This document shows positions 1-12,835 of a stretch of DNA of 64,000 nt, piece by piece. Below the pieces are notes generated by a model that was not told where the DNA came from, ran no database searches, and saw only the letters and a program-made list of their open reading frames with translations. Origin of the DNA: Nageia nagi (lineage: Eukaryota > Plantae > Pinophyta). The translations under genes were made by a program, and so were the position numbers. The DNA is taken from NCBI GenBank assembly GCA_050084985.1, contig JBITNC010000001.1, positions 179,366,001 through 179,430,000 of the forward strand. The letters run 5' to 3'. The first letter of the stretch is position 1, and every line of letters starts with the position of its first letter.

Positions 1-74
1 TATTATAGAAAAATATTGATGTGATATATGATTTGGAAAATGTTTCTTGTATCATGATCCATATATTTTGAAAC

Positions 75-375
75 TGTTGACACCTAAAAGTGGTCCCCTT
101 AACATGATCCTAGTTAGGTGCAACTTTACATACATGTCTAATCATATTTTATCATATTTCATTCATATTTTACCTTATTATCATATATTTCTCATGTTTT
201 ATTCTTATTTTTATGTTAGGTACATTGGAATGACTTCAACCTACATATAAGGGATTAAATGGTGATATCGCACCTAATATAAATGTAAGTATCTCTAACC
301 TAGGGAAAGCATATCAATATTACATATCAATAGTTTGTACCCTACACATGGGTGTTTTTAAATGCCACCTATTGA
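75..375 (+). repeat. 5' LTR, part shared with 3' copy; true end possibly near 887
   Basis: Aligns to 3941-4244; starts TG. Confidence 0.75.
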
Positions 376-2599
376 TACTAGAATCCTATTATCACTCAAG
401 AAAATACCTATCATCAATAATTTCCATCATATGCTTGGTTTGACATGTATCATCAATCATTGTTGGTAGATCTCATTCTATCATAATATTAGTTACCATG
501 CTAAAGTGCACATCCAAATTGAGTTCATTGAGACTAGCACCCATGCTAAGATTATTTTTGTAGCTATTGATGGGATTTGAACAACAAGGAACCTCTCTTT
601 GATAATTTTTTCATGCAAACCCTTGAATATGATACAAGTAAGGACACACATGTATTTATCCTACACTTGATTCCATCTCTTTAATGCATGCATCTGTTTT
701 ACATATTGACATCAATGTAATTCATAATTCTATGACTACACTATTATATTTATATTTTCCCATTATTCATGTATGTTTATTTTAGTTATATAGCTTAGAT
801 AATATGTACCTAAATTTTTATGTGTATTTAGTTCATTTAGGCCGAAACCCTAAGTGTACCAAAATACATATCAAAATATTAGCACACATTTTTTTATAGC
901 TTTTTCTTTCTCTTAATTAGGAGGAGAATAAAAGTACTTTTGAACCTATAATTCTACCATAATGTCAAAACTATTAAGGGTTTTATTTACACATTATATT
1001 CTTAAGGTATTTTTTGTTACTAGTAATGAAAATGCACATATTTCTAATAAGCGTGTAGCCAAGAAGACTCCCAAAAGAAGAAAACTTGGTAGACCAATGG
1101 TGGTTCAATGATGAAGTAAGAAAATTTGTACAAAAAAACCATCTATATATGTACAATAATAAATAACCAAATATGCTAATGATAATGCTTCAAATAGGGA
1201 GATTTTTGTAGAAATCTCTAATAATTCAGCATAAATAGTAAATCAAAGGGGTAATTCAAATAATACTACATATTAACCACCAAATGTAGAACCTCATATT
1301 ACAATTGAAGAAGAGATCATTTCTTGATTAGTGATGATGAGGTATTCAATAAATTTATGATTTCTAAGGAAAATAAGCATAGGTTCATCAAGCTTCTAAA
1401 TGGATTTCTAGTTGAAGATAAAGCTTATGTAGTTGACATACTTCAAGGCAAAGAAGTATTAAAGCAAAATTAATTATGGCATTCTAACAAGTACAAGGAG
1501 AACATACCTCCTAATGATATGACTCTCACATCAGTAAATATGAATTTATGATTCTTTGCAAATAGGTACTCACCCATTTTAAGTGTTTACCTATTTATCC
1601 TTCTAGATGTGAGCACAGGTACTCACATCAATATCAAAGCTAATCCTAGTGTGTACATTGAGCCTCAAGTAGAAATAGCAGTTCTAGTTCCTTACGTTAT
1701 CTCCATAATAGATGTAGACCAAGGAAATTAAGAAGAGCTTATTAGTATAATATACAACATTAGTGAATAAGTTTCTCAACCTAGCATATTGCAAGATTTT
1801 CTTCATCAAGAAACTTAGGTTGATAACTTAATCCCAACAAATAATATCAACAATATAACTACAAAAGATGAACAAAATTAACAAGATAAATAAGTTCCAA
1901 AATTTGATGATATAGATATGTTTGTTAATGATGAGTGTGATCAATAAGATCCTACAAATTATGAAGTAATCAACAAAATTCTTGAAGAGGTTGATACACC
2001 ATATCTTGATTAGTAAGAGGAAGATAACAAGATTAGATCCAAATTTCTTCATTTAGTAGATGACCTAGCCATTACAAACATGAGTATACCAAAGAAAATA
2101 TAATATTATAATTGGTTGCTTCAAAAGGTTAAAAATGATTACAAGAACAAGATATGATTATTTCAATGTAAGAATAAGCACCCAACCCAATGCACTTGCA
2201 CAAATGAGCAAATATATCAAGAAGAAAATGTTGATAGACTACTTTATCAAGCTATGTAGCCTATTACTAGATGGACTTAAGAAGAGAATAAAATCAAATA
2301 TGAAATTTTACTAAAGTGTAATAAGGATAATGTGATATTGATGCCTCATAAAGATAGAGAATGGTTAGTTTTATCAACTTCGCACAATATCATTCATCAT
2401 AGAAATGATAAAACTAGAGCTTTCCAACATTGAAAGAAGGACAATATTCTTAAAAATCATTATAAAATGCAAGGAAAAATATTTAGGTAACTATACCAAT
2501 GCCAACATCAGAAAGAGAATTACCAATGATAACTCTAGAAAGATATGAGGGTATATAGCAAAAAGTATTGAAAATAGAAAAATATCAAGGTCTAGATCC

Positions 2600-3570
2600 C
2601 CAATGAAATGAAGATAATAATCCCTTATGTATATGAATTAGATCTACCATTCTACATTCTAGCAAATCTTTGAAGTTTACAAAATTTGATGGTATTACTA
2701 ATCCTTATCTTCATTTATGTATTTTCTTCTATGAAGCATCATTAATCATTATTTATGAGGACTTTCTTGCAAAGTTATTTCCTTTTTCTTTAAAAGGAGA
2801 AGATACAGAATGGTTTGGCAAGTTACCACATGCTACCATTAATAATTTTGCTCAATTGAAGACTATATTTTGTGATCATTATCATATTCACATTGTGAAA
2901 AATGTAACATTTAGTGATTTCCTGAAACTAAATGATAATCCATTAAGTCATTTATTATATTTTGGATTAAAAAGACTAATTAAGTTTTTGAAGATAAATA
3001 GTATGAAAATCCTATCCTTCATTGAGGCTCTTTTGATAGAATGCTTTGACTATCATAAGTTAGCTCTTTAGGAATTTCTACAAGCATTATTAGAAAAAAT
3101 AAAGGTTTAACATTATATATGGATAATAGAAACCAAAATCAAAGAAAAAATAGAATAAATCACCTTTACAACCTTAACATTGGTACAAAAAGGAATAGTC
3201 CTAAGAAGCATAAATAGTAGCCAAAGTAGAATCAGTACAAACACACAGTAGTAGCAAATGAAGTTAGAAAGGTGGAAAAAGATGTAAAATTAATCTACAT
3301 AGAATGTCAAAAATTTCCTAGATAGAAATTCATGCCTATACATGATGATATTGAAGAAGTCAAAAAGGTCTTGATCAAGAACAAACTGCTAGTTCCATCA
3401 CCCAAGTATATAACTTAGTCATCCTTTATAGTAGGTGTGCTAAGAAAGTATAAATTAGATGAGTTATATCAATATCACCAATATCAAGGATATGCAACAA
3501 AGTATTATGTATGGCTACTTAACATGATTCAGGATTTGATCAATCAAAAGGTGTCTTTTTCAAAACCTAA
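2600..3570 (+). pseudogene. gag: Retrotransposon Gag (capsid core plus decayed C-x-x-H..H..C knuckle region), Tat/Ogre type
   Basis: ORF 2670-3071 KFDGITNPYLHL..LAKLFPFSLKGEDTEWFGKLP..INNFAQL. Downstream LYQYHQYQGYATKYYVWLLNMIQDLINQK resembles the Tat/Ogre CxYHxxxGHxTxxCxxLxxxIQDLI motif. Confidence 0.8.
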
Positions 3571-3940
3571 ATCAAATGAAAAGCCAAACTAATTATGAGG
3601 TCCTTAGCATGAGAAGAATAAGAACATGGGAATATTTAATAATATATTCCTCAATTTTGTCAAATCTAAATCATCAAAAAAAGCATCAACTTTGTGAGTA
3701 ATTTTTTATCTCATTTTTAGGTCTCAATATTTTCTCTTGATTGATTCTACTTCATGCAATCCATTACATCTCTCAAATAAGGAAAAGAGGGAGTAATATA
3801 CATCATAAATCCTTCATGATTTAGATATTTATATAGCTAAACCAACAAAGTATATAATTTTAATTCTCTCTACCTTTACTTCCTTTGCAAGCAATATCAT
3901 TTCAAAATTCAATTTAATTAGACTTACAAATGGGGGCATC

Positions 3941-4244
3941 TGTTGACACCTAAAAGTGGTCCCCTTAACATGGTTCCACTTACAAAAAAACTTTACATAA
4001 ATGTCTTAATCATGTTTAATAATATTTTAGTCATATTTTACCTTATTATAACATATTTCTTAGGTTGAATTCTTTTTTTTTATGTTAGGTACACCAGGAA
4101 GACATCAACCTTCATTTAAAGGAATCACATGGTGATATCATGTCTAATATAAATGTAAGTATCTCTAATATGGGGAAAGCATATCAAGATTATATCTCCA
4201 TAATTGAGACCCTAAACTTGGGTATTTATAAATTCCACCTATTG
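3941..4244 (+). repeat. 3' LTR (truncated), preceded by PPT at 3928-3940
   Basis: Copy of 75-375. Confidence 0.75.
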
Positions 4245-4299
4245 AACTTTAGCTTGGGATGGATGTTATGGAAAAATATTGATAGGTTTTGCTTCCTCA

Positions 4300-5430
4300 T
4301 TGAAAATGACATTCATCGTGAGAGGTTCTAATTCTTTTGAATCCACTACACCACTTCATACTGTATGCTCATGTCATCTAGTAATTTCCTAATTATTTCC
4401 TTATGATAAAAAAAGCATCAATTTTGTGATCTTTAACTTTATGATATTCATAAAATTCTACTTCATTGTACAAACTAGGTTTATCATCATGAGGACCTAA
4501 CTCTTATTTTGGACTAGGTTTTATCAATTCCTTTCATAGATAATCTTTGAACATAATGGAAGGAGCTAAGAGTAACCTTGGATTTTCCTAAAATTTTGCT
4601 TTGCTTAACTCTTTTGTTTCTCTTTAGTTTGTGGTTCATCTATGGAATGTACCTCTTTATATTCTTTTTTTTTTTAATATCTCCCTCCTTTTATCTCTTT
4701 GGGAATATATCCATATTTTAATCCACCCATTTCAACTAAGCATTTCTTTTTCTATGTTATCCTATTTACAATCTTAGTGAATGGAAGGATCATTTAATCA
4801 AAGGTTGTGAACTTTAACTTAGGATGGATGTTATGAAAAAACATTTATGTGATATGTGATTTGGATAATGGTTTTTGTATCATGCTCCATATCTTTTGAA
4901 ACCTTTATCCAAATTTGTTAAATATTTCATTTGGACCTTGAATAACACCTACTAAATTTAAAACTATCATTTTCACAGAATCATGATATATGGAATCCAT
5001 GTAGAATTCTAATATATGTTGTGCATAGTAATTAATGAACTTAGTAGGCAAAGAGAAGTAACAATTTAGTGAACCACCCTTGAATGTAGTTGGGTAATAT
5101 TTTACCATCAAAGTATCATCCATTCCAAAATTCAATTCAAATTTCATCTCAAAATCCTTAATGTGATCCATGGGATCTCCTTAATCCTGATATGTATCAA
5201 ACATAGGCTCCACTTTAAGATAAGGTTTTTTAGAGTTACAAGTTTTATCACATAGTGTATTTGAATCACTAGAGTTAGTTGGGAAAATTCTAATTGACTT
5301 GTTGTTTCCACCAATGTTGAAGCTTTCACTTCTATCATCATTTTCATAAAGCATTTTATTTAGGTTATCTTTGGTTGCATCATCAAAGCTATTGAACATG
5401 GCAAGAAACTCAACTAGTTGCATACTTTAA
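4300..5430 (-). pseudogene. gag: Second Tat/Ogre-like Gag remnant
   Basis: Minus-strand ORFs 5181-5423 (PMFDTY) and 4905-5171 (DHIKDFE..DDTLMVKYYPTTFKGGSLNCYFSLP..I) match the Gag capsid core. Confidence 0.7.
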
Positions 5431-6487
5431 ATACTTTAAATATAATACCAATCCTATCCAAAACCCTAGGATTTTTGGTACAACTATTTATACACATAAT
5501 ATCATTCATATGCTCAAATTCCCTATTGAATTAATTTCTTCTTTGTACATATATACTATTTGTTTATTTTCATTTGTATTCATTAATAAAAAAAAACTAA
5601 CCAAATCATATCAAATTATATAGAATTCATAACAGTGTCACTACATGGAGCTCTCTACTAGTAGGGGCATGGTGACCATCATGGTATGTATTCCTGATTT
5701 TTTATATTAAATTTCTTTTACTAGTAAATTTATATGCTTATGGTTTTTCTTCTTTGATTCTCTACCAAGGGTTATTTCCCTCCATAACATTTGAAAAAAA
5801 TACATTTTTAAAGAGTCTTTGATATGTTTATAAACCCTATTACAAATTTACCAGTTTGGGGCATTGTTCAAGAATGTTTAGGGTTTAGGGTAAATATACA
5901 ATATTCTATTTCTTCTACTATTTGTTGCAATCTATGGAACTATCTTTGCATCATACATCTTGTCAAACAATTCCTATAGCCTATTATACTCTTCCTCATT
6001 TTTTATAAATCTCCAACAAAAAAATGTTTGTTACCATAAGCCCCCAGACTCCTACATTCTTATTTATATACATAGCAAAACTCATTTTAATCAAGGCAAA
6101 TGATATTTAGTTTAGGTTTATACTAAAAGGTTGTAAATAAGGGTTTAAATGATGATCAAATGGTTGGATCATGTAGCATGGTTTCCCTCTACAATCTTTC
6201 TATGTATTTTGGATCCTTATTAATGTAAATACTAATTTCCTAGTGCATTTTTATCACTACAAATACTAGTTATTTTTAGTTAAAAATATGAATTTTGTAC
6301 ATTAGATTGAATATGTAGTTATTACTACAAAGTGGTTAGTTCCCTAAAGTAAAGTCTATAATCTCTATGTTATTCATAATTTTAGTCCACTTATAAAAAC
6401 TTTCTTGCTCTAGATTGTAAATTATTTGTAAGCTTGGACTCAAACTTATAAACCCTTCATATTTGTAACTTTTAACCTTTAAGTTAG

Positions 6488-6859
6488 TGTTAGGTCCCTA
6501 TACTACTCATGTAACCCATATATTGTTATTATGTGTCCCATAGAAGTCCACTATGGTTATTGTTATTCCATTACATTATTATTGTTATGTCGGCCAGACA
6601 TTATTATTATTATGTCGGCTAGTGTCCTTTCATTGTAGTGGCACCTGTTGGACTCCTATATATACTAAGGAGGTATTATCATTTGTATTGTCTATTATTG
6701 AGTAATTGATGTGATATAAAGGAGGTTGCCCCCTTAAAGTGGCTTATTACAAAGGAGGTTGCCCCTCAAAGTGGCTTATTATATATTTTATATCTTACTC
6801 AACACGTTGAGCTCTTTCTATCATGATTTTATTCTATTTTGGGAACTTTGTTCATAACA
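6488..6859 (+). repeat. 5' LTR
   Basis: TGTTAGG...CATAACA; about 19 mismatches versus 8908-9279 by eye. Confidence 0.97.
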
Positions 6860-6861
6860 TT

Positions 6862-6873
6862 TGGTATCAGAGC
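6862..6873 (+). promoter_or_regulatory. Primer binding site, tRNA-iMet
   Basis: TGGTATCAGAGC two bases after the LTR end. Confidence 0.95.
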
Positions 6874-8003
6874 AAATGATTCTAGGGTTTCACAGCTCAA
6901 AACTAGTCATTGTGGCATTTTCACTACTAATTTGGTTTTACAAAGATTTAGATTATTAAATTTTTTGGGTTTTTAGAAGACATACCAAAGAAGTTTTAGT
7001 TTAAATTTCATATCCTAACTCGCTAAATTTCTCAAGTTACACTTGGAGAAAGTTAAGGTTTGTGACTAGTATCAAAAGTAGGTTTGAAACAGGTGTTCTA
7101 GATAAAAAGGGTATATCTGAAGTTTTATAGCTCCAAACTAGGTGAAACCTATTTTATTGGTTATTTTATATACTGAAGTTTATCTGTTACAATTTTCAAG
7201 GTTTAAGAATAAATAGGTGACACAATGCACTTCGTACAATTTCATTCTTCAAAAAAATCCAAAAATCAGCACATTTTGGGAAAATTGCAGCCATTTCCTC
7301 TTGGACTATCAAAATTTGACAAAATATATGGCATTGAAAATAAGACATCTGAGGCTACCACAGGTAGAAATGTCAGACTCTAAAGGGATGAAATTTCATA
7401 TTTACATTAGTTGGAAGGTCAGATAATAGAATAGTCTCCAAATCATGGTTTAAAAAGGTACAATTTATTTATTTATTTTTTAAATTTGCATATATTTTGA
7501 TTGGAAGGTCTATTTGAGGTGATTCATAAGCTATTGGAAAGAGAAGAAAGAGGAGAGTCTTGTAGGTATATATGTGTTTTGGCATCTTTAAACATAGGAG
7601 CTATTGTTACTTTGCTAGCACTGCATCCCGAGGAATTATGGTCTCCTACAATGTACTCGCAGTATATCGCTTAGGCCACTGTTGGATTCTCTCATGTACC
7701 TTGAGTATATAGAGAGGCCATCATCATCATGCACATACATTGTATATAGAGAGGTCCTTTAGGATTCCCTCACATACCATGAGTATATTAGCAAGGGCCC
7801 TTTTCGAACGGTTGTGCATTAGATAGCACTAGCACAGATTTGAGCTCCCATGTACCTTGTGTATATAGGGATACCCCTAGAATCTTGAAACCAACCAAGT
7901 TAACCTTTTGACCATATGGGAAATTCCTACTCCATAGTAATACTTAGTCAAAATGCCATAAAAAAAAATTGCTACACCAACTAGACCTCTAAAGGGTTCA
8001 TCC

Positions 8004-8879
8004 ATGACTATAGCATAAAGTGAAGACATATTCTTCCGAATAGCCCAAGTGGAAGAATTGGTTAAAGGGTGTGTAAAAAAGGGTGATATGGGGGAATTAA
8101 AAAGGGATTTGACAAAAGAGTTGGTGACTAAAATGGATCAAAATATGGAAAAGATTTTTCAACTCATACAAAACCTAGAGGGAAATATTCCTAAAGATGT
8201 TGATATGACCCAGGGTTATCAGGAAAATAAGGATATTGTTCAAGGAGATAAACCCTTCATTAATAAGCCTAATTCAGGAGGATATGCTTCTACTAATGGA
8301 AGTAATCAAGCATGGTTCTCAAGGGGAATACAAATCCCCAAGATCAACATGAGGAAGTTTGATGTAAGGGACCCCATCACTTGGATATTTCAAATGGAGC
8401 ACTTTTTTGATCTACACCAAGTACCAACATCACAAAAAGTAACTATTGCATCCTTGTATCTAGAGCCTAAGTAGGTTGTATGGTACCAATGGCTTTGTGA
8501 AAGTAAAAATGGTTCTATTATATCTTGGTCCATTTTTATAGAGGAACTGATAGCCTACCATGAGGATGTTAATAATAATTCCTTCTTTACTCAATTGACA
8601 AATCTAAGGCAAAAAGGTTTAGTGATGGAGCACATTCAACAATTTCAAAAGTTGAGTCTTAAAGTGAATGACATACCAGATGATAGATTATTGGATCTCT
8701 TTATGGGAACCTTAAAGGATAACAATCAACATGAGGTGCATCTATTTGAACCAACATCCTTAGAGATGGCTTTTAGGATGGTAAGGAAGGTTGAAAGTAA
8801 AAATATGGCAATGGCTGAATATTCCACATGGGAAGATGAGAAATTTCTACAGAAGCATCCAGAACTACTAAAATGTTGA
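8004..8879 (+). pseudogene. gag: Gag fused in frame to the C-terminal tail of the integrase chromodomain; two premature stops
   Basis: One frame from ATG 8004, with stops TAA 8016 and TAG 8472. Gag motifs PKINMRKFDVRDPITWIFQMEHFFDLH, WYQW and LRQKG..FQKLS are followed by EYSTWEDEKFLQKHPEL. Confidence 0.9.
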
Positions 8880-8893
8880 GGACAACATTTTTT

Positions 8894-8907
8894 GAAGGAG
8901 AGGGGCA
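8894..8907 (+). promoter_or_regulatory. Polypurine tract
   Basis: GAAGGAGAGGGGCA directly before the 3' LTR. Confidence 0.9.
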
Positions 8908-9279
8908 TGTTAGGTCCCTATACTACTCATGTAACCCATATATTATTATTATGTGTTCCATAGAAGTCCATTATGGTTATTGTTATTCCCTTACATTATT
9001 ATTGTTATGTCGGCCAGACATTATTATTGTTATGTCGGCTAGTGTCCTTTCATTGTAGTGGCACCCCTTGGACTCCTATATATACTAAGGAGGTATTATC
9101 ATTTGCATTGTCTATTATTGAGTAATTGATGTGATATAAAGGAGGTTTCCCCCTCGAAGTGGCTTATTACAAAGGAGGTTGCCCCTCGAAGTGGCTTATT
9201 ATAGATTTTATCTCTTATTCAATGCGTTGAGCTCTTTCTATCATGATTTTATGCTATTTTGGGAACTTTATTCATAACA
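8908..9279 (+). repeat. 3' LTR
   Basis: Copy of 6488-6859, followed by TSD GTTAG. Confidence 0.97.
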
Positions 9280-10151
9280 GTTAGGGTTTATCTTTCACTT
9301 GTAGGAACTATCCTTCTCTAGAGATTAACAATTAGATGTAAAATAACAACTCCCACATTAATGATTTTTTAATAAATTCTTTATTTTGAAAAGTTAATCT
9401 ATTCAATATATGAAGAAACATAGTTTTAATGAGTCTTTGATGTATTTATAAACCACATTGCAAATTTATTAGCTTGGGATATTATTTGAGAATTTTGGGA
9501 AAGGTGAATTGAAATAGTTCAAATTATGCTACTATTTGTTGCATTCCATCTCCTATAAGAAAAATATTTACCCTTTTATGAACTTCAATCCAACTTCATT
9601 AATATCCTTACTCCATCATCATCCTAGTTTCCCACTTTAGCATAAATATTTGAAATAAGAACATAAGATAAAGCATATTTAGTCTCTAGAAAATAAAATA
9701 TTTCTTCCATAAGTCCCTCGATTCCTACATTCTTATGTGATGTAAAAGCACCAAGGATAAACATCCACACACACAATTTAGTTTTTTTTGTGCATATTAG
9801 CAATAACTTTCATAGCTTACTCAAGTGTTTCATTAGATGAAAGAGTTTAATTGCATCATTGTTGTATCCTTGAATTGCATATCCTCCACTCATTTCATTC
9901 TATGAATTTTTGTTTTCATCATGTCTAGTAGGTAACTCAAAACCATAACATATGATAGAAAAATGACTTCAATAAGTCTTTGATGTATTTATAAACCCTG
10001 TTACTAGTTCATTCTATCCACGATGGTATGTGCCATATACTACACATTTATTCTTTTATTATTTTATGTGGGTAGTACAAGTATACATTGATTTTATTTT
10101 ATGATTCACTAATGTATATACTGATACTTATAATGTTCATCACAAGCCCTT

Positions 10152-10722
10152 ATGAAAATCATCATACACCTTATTGAAAAGGAATTTAGGAGAATGCATT
10201 TGATACCTAATAATAGAGAGGTATACCTAGATTATAATGGAGGACAATGGATAGATACTAGGAAGGGTGATAAAATACAATATTTTTTCCTTTTGGGGAA
10301 GTGTGCATTGGTCAATGGAATTTGAAAGGATAATAGGTAGAGGTTAAATATGCATTGGAGTCAAGATCATGATGATGCAACACCAATTCCTCCTCTACCA
10401 AGAGGTAGGAGGCTAGATAATGGCATTCATAAGCCATCAATCTATAATGAAAATAAATATCTTATAGATAGGAAGGATATAAATAAGGTGCTTTGGATAT
10501 AATTTAATAGTAAATGTTATAGATTGTCTGGAGGTCTATATTTTTAGTATGATGTAAAGGGTAGGAATAATTTGTAATAAGTAGCCTTTGTTGAAATGCA
10601 AATAAAGTTGAAAGAATATAATTCTAAGGATAGGAAGAAAAGGAGAAAATTAGAACACTTAAAATAAGAGTTCACAAAGGGTCATGTTAACTATTTTACA
10701 CAAGGAAAGATAATAAAATAGT
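10152..10722 (+). pseudogene. Probable decayed coding exon of unknown function, possibly the N-terminal part of the TnpA-like gene
   Basis: About 190 codons in one frame (MKIIIHLIEKEFRRMHLIP...PIPPLPRGRRLDNG...RKKRRKLE) with only ~7 stops in very AT-rich DNA. No family recognised. Confidence 0.35.
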
Positions 10723-11493
10723 AGTTCACTAAGATTTTTTTAATCATTTTTTTCAAAAAAAGTATTGTTATTAGATATTTACATACAAATAGAAAATATT
10801 ATTGATTTTTAAAATCATAAATTATCCACATGATGTACAAGATTTTTCAAATGTAGAAGGATCTTTATATCAATTGATGAGTTAATTATTGGATTTTAAT
10901 TATATTTTACATTAAGTACAAATATATTATTTGATTATTAATTAAATTTATGACCTCCATTTTTTATAGTATGGAGTCTCAACCTCTATGAATCTCTAAT
11001 TTTATAAAGGCTCCTATTTTTCCACATCATCTATATGATTTATCAAATATTGAAGGCTCTTAATGTCATATTTATTTGGAGCCTATATGAAATGCTTGAT
11101 ATGATGATGATCAAGTGAATGTTTTCCTTTAATTGTAATTTATATTTAGAAAAAATAAATGTTTGATAGTGAATTCAGTTGGTGGCCTTAATTTTTGATA
11201 CTATGTAGTGACAATCTTTAGGAGTATTTAAACTTATAAAGGTTAAGTTTTTTCCCATTTTGTCTATGAGATTTTATAAATACATGAGAGTCTTTACATT
11301 AAACTGAAGTAGACCCAAATTTGACTACTATAGATGATGATGATCAAGTAATTAAATTTTATTTTATTATATTTGGTATTAAGTGGAGCTAACTTGTATA
11401 ATTATGAATTCACTTGATGGTTTGTAAAACATCATTATTTTACATGCAAGTAAGACATGATAATATTGGACCATTTCCTACCAGAAATGGTAA

Positions 11494-11718
11494 AAGGTAC
11501 ATCTACTTAACCCTCATGGTAATATAGTGGGGTATGGAAATGTGCATAATGATGATCTTACTAGCACATGCCATGGTACCACTATTGGAGAGGGGCATGT
11601 TTCCATAGAGGTGATTATATGTAATTTTAGTGGTTACAAGCTACCCATACCTAATGGGGATGCTACTACATTGGGAGAAGCTCTTTAGGGATTTATATTA
11701 TAGGACACTAAATTATTG
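11494..11718 (+). pseudogene. En/Spm (CACTA) TnpA/Tnp1-like C-terminal domain; related domains also occur in some MULEs
   Basis: KVHLLNPHGNIVGYGNVHNDDLTSTCHGTTIGEGHVSIEVIICNFSGYKLPIPNGDATTLGEAL*GFIL*D fits the VAxG..CHGxxLG..VxV..LPxP..LGDAxGxFIxW pattern. Confidence 0.75.
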
Positions 11719-12287
11719 TAACTTGATTACCAACCTTTAATTATAACCCAACATGTATAATCATTCTTACTTTTATATTAAATATTTATGTAATTAATAA
11801 TAATTTTATTTTATAGTAAGTATGTTTTTTAATTAACTATTTATTTCATTTCCTATGCATCCAAATGATGGATCATAAGGAAAGTAACATGTAAATGAAT
11901 TCAAAAATGTAAGAAATGAAGAGCAGCCAAATGATGCAGAATTTGTAGAGGCTAGTCATGATGATCAGGCAAAAATAAGAAGTGTATCAACTAGCATAGA
12001 GGTAATAGAATCAAGCCACAATCTAGTTAAAGTTGATTTAAATATTTTTAAAGTAATGTACATTAAATAATCATATTTTGTATGGTATAGTATAATATGA
12101 ATAAAGTAATGGAGTAGAAGGAGGATTTAAATGAAGAATAAGATCATGAAGAGGAATGGTTCTTATAATAACATATTGTAGATGTTGCAAATTGGACCCA
12201 ACATGATATGTAGTTGACACAAGATGCCATAAATAATATATAACATGTGTTCTTCCATATTTGTAGGGAATCATTTTTGTATTCTTA

Positions 12288-12835
12288 TACATTTTTGCAT
12301 ACATGTATATTAGAGCTTTCAACACCATAAAATTTGATTAAAAGTCATTTCCAACTAATTTTTAATGGATCTTCATACCTTCTTCTAGAGCTCCCATAAT
12401 TCCACATGCTAGAAGAATGATGCTAAAGGTTGTAGAGTCTAATTTTACATTTGCTAATTACATATAGCAAATGTATTGAGGACCTTTTCTAAAAACCTAT
12501 ATTATGCATATCATGTGATCATTACATTCCACAAAACTATGTCTACATCATGCATCTTGTTAAACAATTTACTTACCTTATATGTGCTTCCACATTTTTC
12601 ATACATGTATATTAGGGTATTCATAACCTCAACATTTGATGCAAAACTATTTCCAACTACTCTTTGATGGATTTCCATACCTTATTATAGAGCTCCCATA
12701 TTGGTACATTCCTAAAGAATGTTGGCAAAGGTTGTAGAGTTGGGTTTTACGGATGATAATTGCTTCCACATTTTGCATACATATATATCACAATATTCAC
12801 AACCTCAACATTTGATGCAAAATCATTTCCAACTA
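12288..12835 (-). pseudogene. PLS-class pentatricopeptide repeat (PPR) gene fragment
   Basis: Minus strand reads VKPNSTTFANIL*ECTNMGAL**GMEIHQRVVGNSFASNVEVMNTLIYMYEKCGSTYKVSKLFNKMHDVDIVLWNVMIT*YA*..VKLDSTTFSIILLACGIMGALEEGMKIH..ALIYMYAK, i.e. L-S-P-L-S motifs. Confidence 0.9.

Larger units (their letters stand above)
75..4244 (+). mobile_element. Non-autonomous (gag-only) Ty3/gypsy Tat/Ogre-like LTR retrotransposon, degenerate; 3' LTR truncated
   Basis: Direct repeats starting TGTTGACACCTAAAAGTGGTCCCC at 75 and 3941 align for ~300 bp (to CCACCTATTGA). PPT-like AAATGGGGGCATC lies immediately before 3941. Gag remnant inside, no pol. Confidence 0.8.
6488..9279 (+). mobile_element. Complete-ended, internally deleted chromovirus-type LTR retrotransposon (2792 bp)
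   Basis: 372-bp TG..CA LTRs; perfect 5-bp TSD GTTAG (6483-6487, 9280-9284); PBS TGGTATCAGAGC; PPT GAAGGAGAGGGGCA; gag ORF; no pol. Confidence 0.97.

Noticed and set aside
556-582. TGTAGCTATTGATGGGATTTGAAC as a tRNA-complementary PBS or tRNA remnant
   Set aside because: Only the T-loop-like GGGATTTGAAC matches; there is no adjacent LTR-ending CA and no cloverleaf.
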